Positions 49,396 to 59,285 of a DNA stretch of 64,000 bases are shown here, piece by piece. Source of the stretch: Aureliella sp. (GTDB lineage Bacteria; Planctomycetota; Planctomycetia; Pirellulales; Pirellulaceae); the NCBI GenBank assembly GCA_963691875.1, contig OY829846.1, positions 800,001 to 864,000 of the forward strand. Direction: 5' to 3'. Both the position numbers and the translations under genes were made by a program. The notes below the pieces were generated by a model, which saw nothing but the letters and a program-made list of their open reading frames with translations, was not told the origin of the DNA and searched no databases. Positions within the stretch are counted from its first letter, which is position 1, and each line of letters begins with the position of its first letter.

Positions 49396-51669
49396 TCATT
49401 TAGACCTTGTGCCAAACATCGCGAGCAGGGCTGGCAGAAAGACGAGATCACAAAACAAAGCTGCTGCAACGGTGATCGCGCCCATGACGGCGAAGATATG
49501 GTGATCTCGTGAATCACTGAAAATCACCACACCAAAACCTGCGACCAAAACACTGGTGGTCATGATCAAAGCCGTTCCAACTCCGGTAAACGCACTTTGG
49601 ATCGCCGCAGTGTTGTCTTCGATCTCCTCAGTTGCATCCAAGTAACGTGTCATAAAGTGAATTGTATCGTCCACCGCGATTCCAAGGCAAACGGTGAAGT
49701 TGCAGACCATCACGATCTCCAAGTTGTAACCGGCAAAGAACAGATAAGCACCTGTAATCGCAAGCGGAAACAGATTCGGAATGATCGAGATAAATCCAAG
49801 TCTCAATGATTTGAAAACGAGCGTCAAAACTAGCCAAATGATGAGCGAAGCCGTACCCAAACTCAGGCCTAGGTCGACGACGATCTGATACAAATTGCGC
49901 CATCGCCAGGCGGCGCGTCCAGTCAATTCGAGGTCAAACTGTTCGTGCTGAGCCATAATGGCAGCCAACCCTGCTTCCACACGTTCAAACACAGGGCCGT
50001 ACGCGGCGATTCCAAGGTCTTGGACTCTGAAATTCACCGTCGTTCGACGTTGCTGCGGTGAATAGAAAGCACGCTTTAACTGCGGCGGCAAGAGCTCTAT
50101 CAGTGTCATCCTCTCTTCGAGCGGACCGCTGCCAGGCTGTGCTTCGAGCAAGTTTCGAATCGAGAGCGGGTGTCCTATCAAGTCTTCGCGACGCAACAAA
50201 TCGTCTACTTTGCTGACGACCTCCAAGATCTCGGCACTGCCCGCTTTAATCTCTCGTCCCCAGAAGATCCGGATTGACGAAAACTCAAGTCCGCCAAAAG
50301 CTCTGTCAACGTGATACAAAGCTTGAGTTGCCTCAGCACTCTCTGGTAACGCATCTGATTCGCGTTGATCTGGCCGCAGCTGCAAAGAGCAGATCACAAA
50401 AAGGATGGTCAATCCCACTCCGGTCCACCCCACCGCTCTGCGATTGTTCAACACAAAGTGAATGACTCCACCGATCCGACTTAGATTCCGATCGATCAAA
50501 CTCGTTTCTTGCCCTGCTTCGATTTTGTTCCCCAATGGCGAAGAACAAGCTAGCGGAATCACGGTCACCACCGCGATGAAGCACAGCAGAACGCCAATCA
50601 TGCTGCAAAAGCCAAACTGCTGAACCCATACAGAGTCAGCAAGCATCAACGAGCCAAACCCTATGGCCGTTGTCACTGACGTCAACAGGCAAGCCAATCC
50701 GACTTGTCGAAGTGCCTGCGAAGCGGCTTCTATTTTTTCGAGTCCTTGTGAGCGCAACTTGCGAATCTGCACCATTAGGTGCACTCCATCGGTTAATCCG
50801 ACCAAGCTGACTAGAATGGGCAGGATGACGTCAATGAGTGGATTGTTTTGGTAATCGAAGAACTGAATGAAACCAATCGTCCAAAAGACTCCAAGGATAG
50901 GTGCCAGCGCCACGATGACAACCGCACGCCAACCACGGAACAGAATGAGTGACATCAATAGAATCATTCCGTAACCGAACAGCTGATACTTGAGCTGGTT
51001 CTTTTCGTGCATTTCAATTGCGGCTAGTGCCGAAGGAACACGACCGGTCACTCGGACGCGAAAATCGACGTCAGGATGTCGCTTGAGAGCGTCAAGAGCA
51101 GTATCCCGCAGAAGAGTGGTGGCTTCCGTATTGTCGAAGACAAAGAAGTAGTCCAAGCTGACCATCATCAACATGGTCTCGCCATCATCACTGAGTAGTT
51201 GGCCACCAACCAACGGATACTCCGATGCTTTCTTCTGCGCCCGCTCAAACCGCAACTTCGAAGCCGTGGGTTTGGGGAGAAGTGGTTCAGGCAACCCAAA
51301 AATATTTAGCGGCGGTACTTCCCCCAGCCATAGCACATAGGCTACTTGTTCCAGAGACTGGAGATCATCGACAATTGCACGCAGCGCATCTGCGCCAGCC
51401 GGCGTGAAAAAGTTGTCTCCTTCAATGACCAGCACTGCATCGGAATTCGAGAGACTGATCGGGCTAACACTGGGTTCCGGATCCACGTCTTCACGTTGAG
51501 ACCTGGAGGGCCTTCCCGGCTCGCCGACATCTTGCCACAGATCTATCGTGATCCACTCGGGATGTGTGTAGCCAGAGACCGCAATACCGCTGAGCAGAAG
51601 AACAAACAGAAATGTGGGCAGACGGTGATGAACGCTGAGGCTAGCTAACCAATTGAAAAATTTACGCAT
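49396..51669 (-). CDS. MMPL/RND family transporter
   Basis: Two TM bundles with GLTDGVHL and GIAVDDTIHF motifs and two periplasmic loops. Start set at MRKFFNW, 4 nt from the upstream stop. Confidence 0.88.
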   Translation of the reverse strand: MRKFFNWLASLSVHHRLPTFLFVLLLSGIAVSGYTHPEWITIDLWQDVGEPGRPSRSQREDVDPEPSVSPISLSNSDAVLVIEGDNFFTPAGADALRAIVDDLQSLEQVAYVLWLGEVPPLNIFGLPEPLLPKPTASKLRFERAQKKASEYPLVGGQLLSDDGETMLMMVSLDYFFVFDNTEATTLLRDTALDALKRHPDVDFRVRVTGRVPSALAAIEMHEKNQLKYQLFGYGMILLMSLILFRGWRAVVIVALAPILGVFWTIGFIQFFDYQNNPLIDVILPILVSLVGLTDGVHLMVQIRKLRSQGLEKIEAASQALRQVGLACLLTSVTTAIGFGSLMLADSVWVQQFGFCSMIGVLLCFIAVVTVIPLACSSPLGNKIEAGQETSLIDRNLSRIGGVIHFVLNNRRAVGWTGVGLTILFVICSLQLRPDQRESDALPESAEATQALYHVDRAFGGLEFSSIRIFWGREIKAGSAEILEVVSKVDDLLRREDLIGHPLSIRNLLEAQPGSGPLEERMTLIELLPPQLKRAFYSPQQRRTTVNFRVQDLGIAAYGPVFERVEAGLAAIMAQHEQFDLELTGRAAWRWRNLYQIVVDLGLSLGTASLIIWLVLTLVFKSLRLGFISIIPNLFPLAITGAYLFFAGYNLEIVMVCNFTVCLGIAVDDTIHFMTRYLDATEEIEDNTAAIQSAFTGVGTALIMTTSVLVAGFGVVIFSDSRDHHIFAVMGAITVAAALFCDLVFLPALLAMFGTRSK

Positions 51670-51673
51670 CCTG

Positions 51674-53701
51674 CTAGCGATACAGCCTTTCTGCAACCCG
51701 GCGAATCTCCTCTTCCGTCGCAACGCCATCTCGATTTCGATCAAAAAGACTGAAGTTGAAATGACGCACGAACGTAGAACCTTCGGACTTGTGAATTTGA
51801 CGATCGCCGTTTGCATCCAAAGAATCGAAAACACGCTTGATGTACGCGGCCACTTTTTTCTGATCTGCCTTATTCTCATCGTTCACCACGACAGAACGAT
51901 TGCTTCGCTTCCTGGGCGTGGAGACTTCGAAGAATGCCACGGCCATTTCTTCCCAGGTTTGATCGCCCCAGTACACCCACTCGTTGGCATCTGGATTGAA
52001 TGGGTTTGCCTCGGAATTATCAAACACGACGTCAAATCGGAGGCTTTCGATCTCCGACAGCGGAATTGGCTTCGTGAACTGATATGTATGCTGCCAATTA
52101 AAATCGTATAGTGGCACATTGAGCAACAGATCTTGAGCTGCGGGCACACCACGGGCCTCAGATTCAACGGCTGTCACCCCAGGGTCGTTCGCGGCCCCTG
52201 GACGCTGTCGCACCAAAGCACAAGCTTTCCCTCGATAGTGCATGTGTGGGGTCGCGGCTAGCAGCTCTCCTTCTTGGGGAAGCCAACGTGTTCGTGCGGC
52301 AACTCGGTGATCTGGCGCATTAGGCGGGATATCAAAATCTTGATTGATGGCGATCGCAGTATATACCGAGTGACTTACTTCTGATTCGTCGACGTACTTT
52401 AGACCGATCTTGGAAACATCGCCACGCGGCATTCCATTGGGCGTGTAGTGCATCTGAAAAACAAGTTTCGAGCCGGCCGGAATCTTACGGGCGCGCCCAG
52501 GCGGTAATTCTGCAGCGCGTTGCCCGGGCACGTAAGCAGCCAGCCACCCCACGCCTAGGAACTGTGTGCCATCAGGAGGGCGAATGAAAACGATCGCGTG
52601 GTGTACAACATCTCTCGCACCAGGAACAACTTGGGCGGAACTCACCCACCTGTCCTCTGTAAAGCCAGGATCTACAACGAAATACTGATATTCGACAACG
52701 CCATCTCTAGGGACCTCGTATGGATCGCGACGCATCTCGAAGACTTCCTCTGGTTGAAACTCCCAACCATCGTTGCGTGCCTCTAGTTTTGGCAAATCCT
52801 CTAAATTGCCCGACGGGCAGCCAGCATCGATCCAGTCCCGCAAAACCTGCTTATCCGTCTCTGGCATGTGCCGTGCATTCACGAACTTGTGCACTCCAGG
52901 CTCTGCATGCCAAGGCGGCATACGTTTGTCTTCAATCGTTTCAAGCATCGTGTCTGCCCAACCGACGACTTCATCGTATCGCTCCATCGAAAATGGACCG
53001 ATTTCGCCCAAGCGATGGCATTCGATACAATTGCGTCTCAGGACTCCGAAAACTTCCCTCGCAAAAGTGGGGGCACCTGCGATATCTGCACGCATTTCAC
53101 TTTTAATCTTTCCGATCAAACAGCCGAGAGCCTTGGTTTCCCGAATTGCCACCGGCTTTCCCTGCAGAAGTTCATCCAAAGCAATTCGCAGGTCCTCTCG
53201 CCGCGGCTTCGCACTGACTACGCCAGGTGCATACTGATCATCAATCCTTCCGTGATACCTCAGCTTCAACTCTTCGTCTAACAAAAAGGCTTCCGGAGTC
53301 CGTGTTGCGCCAAACTGGTTTGCAATGCTATTCTTCCGATCGATGGCCAACTCAAATTCGACAGACAAAGAATCGGCATAGGCTGCCACATCTTCGCTCG
53401 AGTCTTGGCGATTGCTCATAACGCCAATCACTCGAACGCCTTGATCCTTGTAGTTTCGCTGCAAACGATTCAGCACACTTGCATAGGACCGGGCCATTGG
53501 ACACTCCGTGCCAAGGAAACAAACGATCGTTGCCGCCTGATCCTTCCCTTCGAGCTCGACGTCTTTGCCTGTGTAGGAAGGCAACTTAAAAGCGAGTTGT
53601 TGCCCAAAGATTGGCGTGGCGAAATAGAGCGTTACCAGAAAAAGAAAGCATGAAAAACGGGGCTGCCTGAGACCACATCCCATCCATTGGCTATTCATCA
53701 T
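51674..53701 (-). CDS. Redoxin + heme c + copper type II monooxygenase-like + EF-hand fusion protein
   Basis: FLGTECPMA...ATRTPEAF..YHGRIDDQY; CIECH...MPPW; VVHH, FQMHY, PHMHYRG, WEEM; two EF-hands. Start uncertain (ORF extends to 53740). Confidence 0.82.
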   Translation of the reverse strand: MMNSQWMGCGLRQPRFSCFLFLVTLYFATPIFGQQLAFKLPSYTGKDVELEGKDQAATIVCFLGTECPMARSYASVLNRLQRNYKDQGVRVIGVMSNRQDSSEDVAAYADSLSVEFELAIDRKNSIANQFGATRTPEAFLLDEELKLRYHGRIDDQYAPGVVSAKPRREDLRIALDELLQGKPVAIRETKALGCLIGKIKSEMRADIAGAPTFAREVFGVLRRNCIECHRLGEIGPFSMERYDEVVGWADTMLETIEDKRMPPWHAEPGVHKFVNARHMPETDKQVLRDWIDAGCPSGNLEDLPKLEARNDGWEFQPEEVFEMRRDPYEVPRDGVVEYQYFVVDPGFTEDRWVSSAQVVPGARDVVHHAIVFIRPPDGTQFLGVGWLAAYVPGQRAAELPPGRARKIPAGSKLVFQMHYTPNGMPRGDVSKIGLKYVDESEVSHSVYTAIAINQDFDIPPNAPDHRVAARTRWLPQEGELLAATPHMHYRGKACALVRQRPGAANDPGVTAVESEARGVPAAQDLLLNVPLYDFNWQHTYQFTKPIPLSEIESLRFDVVFDNSEANPFNPDANEWVYWGDQTWEEMAVAFFEVSTPRKRSNRSVVVNDENKADQKKVAAYIKRVFDSLDANGDRQIHKSEGSTFVRHFNFSLFDRNRDGVATEEEIRRVAERLYR

Positions 53702-54093
53702 GAACCTCCTATCGTGCATATTCGTGAAATCAAAACTCAATCAGTCGCCTTCCGCGAATCGATCTCCGACTCGTCGGGCCACCGTTAGTATTCTAGATCC
53801 TTGAGCAAGAGCTTTCGCCCCGGGCAGAGACAGCTTTGCCAAGGAATCCTAGAAAGGCCGCGTTAGGTTAGAAGGGTCGAACACGCCAAGTCATCCTGGA
53901 TTCGAAGAGCTTCGGAGCCTCAGACTCGGGCGAATCACCCTTTTTGCTGTTTTAACTGGCTTGAGACGCAACTTTATGCGCCATCCGAGTTTGCAAAGCC
54001 CATTTGGATGCCGATATACTGTATGTGCAGGATTGACTTTCCCGAAGTTTTCTCGCTCAATTCGCCAATATTAAACAGCGGCAGGAATCAACG

Positions 54094-55746
54094 ATGGATC
54101 ATATTCACCGTCAGACCAGAGTTGCCCGACGACGTCTTACCACGGAACGATTTCTGGGGTTTTTGCCTTGGACGATCTCGATTTCCTTAGTCGTTGCCCT
54201 TGTAGGGCTCGCATTGCCGAAAACGATGCACCTGGCGGTAGATCCTGTCGTCTGGTTCTCCAGTTGGGTCGGCGGTTGTGCAGTAGTGGCGATTATCACC
54301 AATTTTTGCCTGACCTTTGTCGGCCGGCCTTCGATGGCGAATGCTGCCGTCGAAATCGATCGTCGCTTCAAGATGCGAGAGCGACTCTCTAGCGCACTAG
54401 TCCTGACCAAAGAGGATCGCGAGACAGAGCTGGGCGAAGCTCTAGTGGCCGATGCGAATGCTAGAGCCGAGGAGCTGGATGTTCGAGATGCGTTTCAGTG
54501 GGGCTTTACCTCGCGTTTGTTGCTGCCTGTTTTGCCAGCTGCGCTGGCCGCGGCTCTGTGGTTTATTCCCAACATGCAAGCTCCTGAACCAGTGACAAAG
54601 AAAGAAGACCAAGCAAAAGTCACCCAAGTTAAGAATGCGACGAAGCCTCTCTTGAAGAAAATCAAAAAGATGCGTGAGGACGCGGAGAAACGCGACCTAA
54701 ACGCAGCGGTAGATTACTTCAAGAAGCTTGAAGGCGAGCTTGGCAAGCTGCAGAAGGATGCTGATTTGGACACGAAGCAGTCGATGGCCAAGCTCAACGA
54801 TATCAAGCAACAGTTGAAGGAAAGACGCGAAGAACTTGGCAGCTCAGACGAACTGCGCAAGAACCTTCAGAATCTAGAAAAGTTCGAAGCTGGCCCTGCA
54901 GAGAAACTTGCCAACGCTTTGAAGAATGGAGATTTCCAGAAAGCGGAAGAAGCTCTTCAGAAGATGCTTGAAAAGATGCAGAAAGGCGAAATGTCAAAGT
55001 CCGACATGGAGAAACTGCAGCAGCAACTCGACAAGTTGCAAAAAGCGATGTCGGATTCGGTCGCTAAGCAAGAGATGGCTAAGCAGCAACTGCAAGATCA
55101 GATCAAGCAGGCTCAACGGAACGGCGACATGCAGAAGGCCGCTCAACTTCAACGGAAGCTAGAGGAAATGCAGGCGGGCGAGTCGACGACGCAGCAAATG
55201 CAACAAATGGCCGGCATGCTTCAGCAAGCTCAGCAGGCAATGCAAGACGGCGACATGCAGCAAGCCTCTGAAGCGATGGAACAGATGGCAGCCCAGCTCC
55301 AGCAAATGAATCAGTCCAATTCCCAACTCAAGGATCTTAACGAATTGATGGACAGCCTCTCTCAGTCCAAGAGCCAAATGAACTGCAAGCAGTGCAATGG
55401 AAAGGGCTGTACCTCCTGTCAAATGGGGATGGGCCAAATGCCTAGCCAGCTGCAGATGCAAGGAAATGGTCTGGGTGAAGGTGCAGGCAGCGGCGATCGG
55501 CCTGAAGAAGAGAACGAGGTTGATTTCTTCGACTCGCAAGTGCGCGAAAAGATGCGACAGGGTGAAATCATCAAGACTGGCGATGTCTGGGGCCCAAATA
55601 AGAAGGGCGAAACTAGAGCTGAAGTTCAAGAAGCAGTTCTAAATTCATTCTCCGAAGAGCCCGAACCGCTAGACGAAACGCCATTGCCAAAGATGCAGCG
55701 TGAGCATGCTTCATCTTACTTCCATGCGATTCGCGAAGGTAAATAG
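54094..55746 (+). CDS. Membrane-anchored coiled-coil hypothetical protein
   Basis: N-terminal TMs, EIDRRFKMRERLSSAL, long Gln/Lys/Met-rich coiled coil, CKQCNGKGCTSC, LPKMQREHASSYF. Confidence 0.8.
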   Translation: MDHIHRQTRVARRRLTTERFLGFLPWTISISLVVALVGLALPKTMHLAVDPVVWFSSWVGGCAVVAIITNFCLTFVGRPSMANAAVEIDRRFKMRERLSSALVLTKEDRETELGEALVADANARAEELDVRDAFQWGFTSRLLLPVLPAALAAALWFIPNMQAPEPVTKKEDQAKVTQVKNATKPLLKKIKKMREDAEKRDLNAAVDYFKKLEGELGKLQKDADLDTKQSMAKLNDIKQQLKERREELGSSDELRKNLQNLEKFEAGPAEKLANALKNGDFQKAEEALQKMLEKMQKGEMSKSDMEKLQQQLDKLQKAMSDSVAKQEMAKQQLQDQIKQAQRNGDMQKAAQLQRKLEEMQAGESTTQQMQQMAGMLQQAQQAMQDGDMQQASEAMEQMAAQLQQMNQSNSQLKDLNELMDSLSQSKSQMNCKQCNGKGCTSCQMGMGQMPSQLQMQGNGLGEGAGSGDRPEEENEVDFFDSQVREKMRQGEIIKTGDVWGPNKKGETRAEVQEAVLNSFSEEPEPLDETPLPKMQREHASSYFHAIREGK

Positions 55747-55785
55747 CCTAGCGTTGTTCCTGCACCGATACAACGCTTAGCAATC

Positions 55786-55814
55786 AAAAGCGAGCTCTTT
55801 ACGAGTTCGCTTTT
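55786..55814 (+). terminator. Rho-independent terminator (symmetric)
   Basis: AAAAGCGAGCTC-tttac-GAGTTCGCTTTT hairpin 40 nt after the 55746 stop. Confidence 0.6.
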
Positions 55815-55902
55815 CTCTTACCTAGGCGAAAACAACTGTCTCGTCGTCTGATCGGATTGCTTCGCGAAAGTCACGAATCTACCTCCAATATCTGGTTTAC
55901 CT

Positions 55903-56634
55903 ATGAGCAATAGTCCTTTCGAAACAGAGACGCAAATAGATGACAACTACGGAGACGGAGTACAACGAGTCTCTGTAAGACCTTTTCAGCTTTTAAGTGA
56001 AGGCTGGGTACTGGTACAGCCGCAATACTGGCTGATGCTAGGAGTTTTGCTCACCGCATCCTTTCTATCAGGTATCGTTCCGCTCGGGATCATTGCTGGG
56101 CCTCTGATGGTTGGGGTCTATTTTTGCTTCATCGACCTAGAGTCGGGTAAAGCTGTGCAGTTCAACCGGTTGTTCCAAGGGTTTGACAGGTTTACGGAGA
56201 GCTTTGTAGCTTTCCTTATTATGGTGGGTGCAACGCTCCTTGTTTACGCAGTTACCGCTGTAGTGTTTGTATTGGCCTTTGTCGTCGGTGCAACTGGTGG
56301 CGAAGAAGCGTTGCCAGCAGTTTTCATACTTGTGGCTGGTGGCGCATTGCTTCTGACCTTTCTTATGCTCTTCATCCACCTTCCCTTCCTGTTCTGCTTC
56401 CAGCTAATCGCGGATCGCGGTGTCGATGGTCTTGAATCGGTCAAGCTGAGCTTCAAGGGGGCGTGGCGAAACTCGCTGGGAATCCTTTGGTTTTCCATTG
56501 TAATTTGGTTCATTTCAGTCCTGAGCCTTCTCCTTTGCGGACTTCCAATGATCCTCATGATGCCCATCTTCGTCGGAGCTTTCTTCACGCTCTACCGGCA
56601 GATTTACGGCATACCCATGGCTGCTCCGATCTAG
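55903..56634 (+). CDS. Integral membrane hypothetical protein
   Basis: SPF leader, IAGPLMVG..F, LFQGFDRF, LIADRG..ESVKLS; about 5 TM segments. Confidence 0.75.
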   Translation: MSNSPFETETQIDDNYGDGVQRVSVRPFQLLSEGWVLVQPQYWLMLGVLLTASFLSGIVPLGIIAGPLMVGVYFCFIDLESGKAVQFNRLFQGFDRFTESFVAFLIMVGATLLVYAVTAVVFVLAFVVGATGGEEALPAVFILVAGGALLLTFLMLFIHLPFLFCFQLIADRGVDGLESVKLSFKGAWRNSLGILWFSIVIWFISVLSLLLCGLPMILMMPIFVGAFFTLYRQIYGIPMAAPI

Positions 56635-56722
56635 TCGGCGGAAGCAAATCTGGACATAGAATCAAAGCTGGCCCCGGCTTAAGGAACGTACCGTCGGACG
56701 CCCGGCTTTTCGACTAAGCTTG

Positions 56723-57493
56723 TTACCAGCTACCGAAGAGTCGAAATGCATTCGCCGTAGTTTGTTCGGCCAATAAGGACTTTGATACTCCGCGAAGTTC
56801 AGCTAGAAACTCGAGAGTGTGCGCGACAAATGCGGGATGATTTGGGCGTTTACCTCGATGCGGTGCAGGTGTCAAATAGGGACTATCGGTCTCGACAAGG
56901 ATTCGATCGTCGGGAATCTGCTCGGCGATCTCTTGAATTTCCTTCGCATTCTTAAAAGTCACCATCCCGGCGAAGCTGATGTACATACCAAGCTCAAGAC
57001 AGCCCTCCGCGACCGCTCGTGGCCCGGTAAAGGAATGCATGACTCCGTGTACTGGGCCATGGCCGGCTTCTTCAGTCAGGATCCCCAGCGTCTCTTCCGC
57101 GCACTCACGTGTGTGCACGACAACTGGCAGCGACGTTTCACGGCTCAATTGCAAGTGCCGTTTGAAATAGTCAACTTGTATCTCCCAGGGACAATCGTCC
57201 CAGTATTTGTCGAGTCCGGTCTCACCCAGCGCGACGACGCCTTCCTCGCTGCACAATCCAACGATCTTCTCCCAATCACCTTCCTTGACTTGACAACAGT
57301 TGTTGGGATGAATCCCCACGGCAGCTCTTAGTTCATCGTGTTTCGAAACCAGCTCGAGGCACTGTCGCGAATCTTCTAGTGTCGTCGCGATGACGATAAT
57401 CTTGCCAACCCCAGCTTCGCGCGCCTGCGTTAAGAACGGTTGGAGCTCAGTGAAATTCTCATCAGTCAAATGCGCGTGTGTATCAACGATCAT
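56723..57493 (-). CDS. tatD: TatD family hydrolase
   Basis: DTHAHL, AVGIHP, LGETGLD, VVHTRE, GVMHSF, ILVETDSPYL. Confidence 0.93.
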   Translation of the reverse strand: MIVDTHAHLTDENFTELQPFLTQAREAGVGKIIVIATTLEDSRQCLELVSKHDELRAAVGIHPNNCCQVKEGDWEKIVGLCSEEGVVALGETGLDKYWDDCPWEIQVDYFKRHLQLSRETSLPVVVHTRECAEETLGILTEEAGHGPVHGVMHSFTGPRAVAEGCLELGMYISFAGMVTFKNAKEIQEIAEQIPDDRILVETDSPYLTPAPHRGKRPNHPAFVAHTLEFLAELRGVSKSLLAEQTTANAFRLFGSW

Positions 57494-57666
57494 ATTTGCT
57501 AATTCAGATTCAGGAAGACCAGTGCTATAGCGAACCGATACTGCTTCCATCCGCAGCCGAACAGCTTTTTAGGACGGATTAGCAAACGGACGGGATCTGC
57601 ATAAGCAGAACGCAAAGAACAGTCAAGAAATCGTACAACATGAGCATCGACAAGGCAGGAAGCCAG

Positions 57667-59169
57667 CTAGAACCTTCGATTCACTTGTACCATTGCCTCG
57701 GTGTCAAAGATACGATCATTCAGCAAAGGCACTGAGATGCCCATACGAACCGAGAAACCACTGTTAATCTGAGCATGCAGCCCGTTGGTTAGATTCAAAA
57801 TATTGCGAATAGGAATCTGATCAACAAAAACGTTCGGCGATCCGCCAATCGGGTCAACCAGAAAAGCGTCGTCCTCACCAAGTGCTGTCGCGAGATGCAA
57901 TTCTGATATCGCCGCCCAGCCAACAGCACTATCACTAGGCGTCACCAGCCAAACGCCACCTCCGATGTCAATCTGAAGCATCGGCGGGGGATTCACCTTA
58001 AACTCTTGCGTTGGCCCATTGTTCAAACTGGTGATCAGGCGATCGCCATTTGTCGCCATATCCAATTGAAAGAATGAGTTCACAAACCATATATCATCCA
58101 ACTGTCGCAAACAGCCTAGATAGGGTGTGATATGTACCGCACTCGGATCGAGAGTAAAACTCGCCGGACCGGAAGTTAAGCTCTTCGCACTCCAACTTGA
58201 TCCTGTTGGCGTTTCAACTCGAACCCCCGCAGCCACAACTCGACGGTCATTCGCAAAGAGAACGCGTTTGAAGATCACATCCAAATTCCCAAAACTACCT
58301 CCGGCGTAAGCTGTGCTGGTATCGGAAGGGTCAAGCGATCCAGCCATCGGCAAACGGAACTCCAGTGATGCCGCCCCATCCAGGAAAGTCTTCTCAAAAC
58401 CCAGCACAAAACGATCCAAACTCACATCATTTGCTGGAAGCTGGAACGCATTGTGCATGTGATGATACGAAAACCAGATTCGATCCTGAGGGAGCGCGAC
58501 ATTATTTTCTGAAACTCGCATACCGCCGAAAGAAACCGCCGTCGGCGTATCAACCCCAGGATCACTGTCGTTATTGTCATACGAATACCCAGGCGAGAAG
58601 TTGTCGAAGAGCAGCGAATAGCCGGGACTTCTGAAATCGCCAAACATCTCAGGTGTATCCAGGAGATTTCGGTGAACGGCAGAGCGAAAGTACGAGGTCC
58701 GACTGGTTCCTTGGCTCGCCCCCAAGGAAAGTGCGATGGGACTTGCGTAATAGCTGGAGCGGGAAAGCAGATTTAGGCTGTCATTTCCCAGGGACGCCAC
58801 ATTTGGCCCAGATCGCACTTCAGCACGAGATCTTCGGGCCTGCATTTGCGCCGTAGGCGATTGCTGCTGTTGATTCGCTTGCGGCGTCGCGGTAGACGGA
58901 GGCGCGGGCTGTGCGGCTGGGCGTTCCTGGTCGCCAGACTGCGCCGCTGGCCCGGTGGCCGCCTTCTCTTGGTTGGGTCGCGCAGTCAGAACCTGATCTG
59001 AAGGCGATGGTGCCAAGTCTTGGAGAACGAAACCGTCTTGCGCGACCGTCATCGCCGGAAAAATAATTGCGCAGATGAGCAGCAAACCACTAATTCGCAA
59101 CCAACTTTGCTTGCAAAAGACCGCCGAGCCTGACATACGCATCGTCCATGAAATGAGGTGGCAGGACAC
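57667..59169 (-). CDS. Secreted hypothetical protein with probable outer-membrane beta-barrel
   Basis: Signal-like TM, Pro/Gln linker, PEMFGDF, SENNVALPQDRIWFSYHH, LGFEKTFLDG, terminal QVNRRF. Start uncertain. Confidence 0.72.
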   Translation of the reverse strand: MSCHLISWTMRMSGSAVFCKQSWLRISGLLLICAIIFPAMTVAQDGFVLQDLAPSPSDQVLTARPNQEKAATGPAAQSGDQERPAAQPAPPSTATPQANQQQQSPTAQMQARRSRAEVRSGPNVASLGNDSLNLLSRSSYYASPIALSLGASQGTSRTSYFRSAVHRNLLDTPEMFGDFRSPGYSLLFDNFSPGYSYDNNDSDPGVDTPTAVSFGGMRVSENNVALPQDRIWFSYHHMHNAFQLPANDVSLDRFVLGFEKTFLDGAASLEFRLPMAGSLDPSDTSTAYAGGSFGNLDVIFKRVLFANDRRVVAAGVRVETPTGSSWSAKSLTSGPASFTLDPSAVHITPYLGCLRQLDDIWFVNSFFQLDMATNGDRLITSLNNGPTQEFKVNPPPMLQIDIGGGVWLVTPSDSAVGWAAISELHLATALGEDDAFLVDPIGGSPNVFVDQIPIRNILNLTNGLHAQINSGFSVRMGISVPLLNDRIFDTEAMVQVNRRF

Positions 59170-59285
59170 CCACTTTGTCCCACATTGTCATTCTCGTCAT
59201 TTCAAACGTACGCGTTGACCCTCATCGATCTTGCAACCCAAGAATAGCTAAAAGAAGTAGTTGGACGACTCTTAACAATACAGCA

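Noticed and set aside
51670..51879. Apparent 200-nt overlap between the MMPL ORF and the upstream fusion gene
   Set aside because: An artefact of the longest-ORF start. The ATG at 51669 removes the overlap and gives a normal N-terminus.
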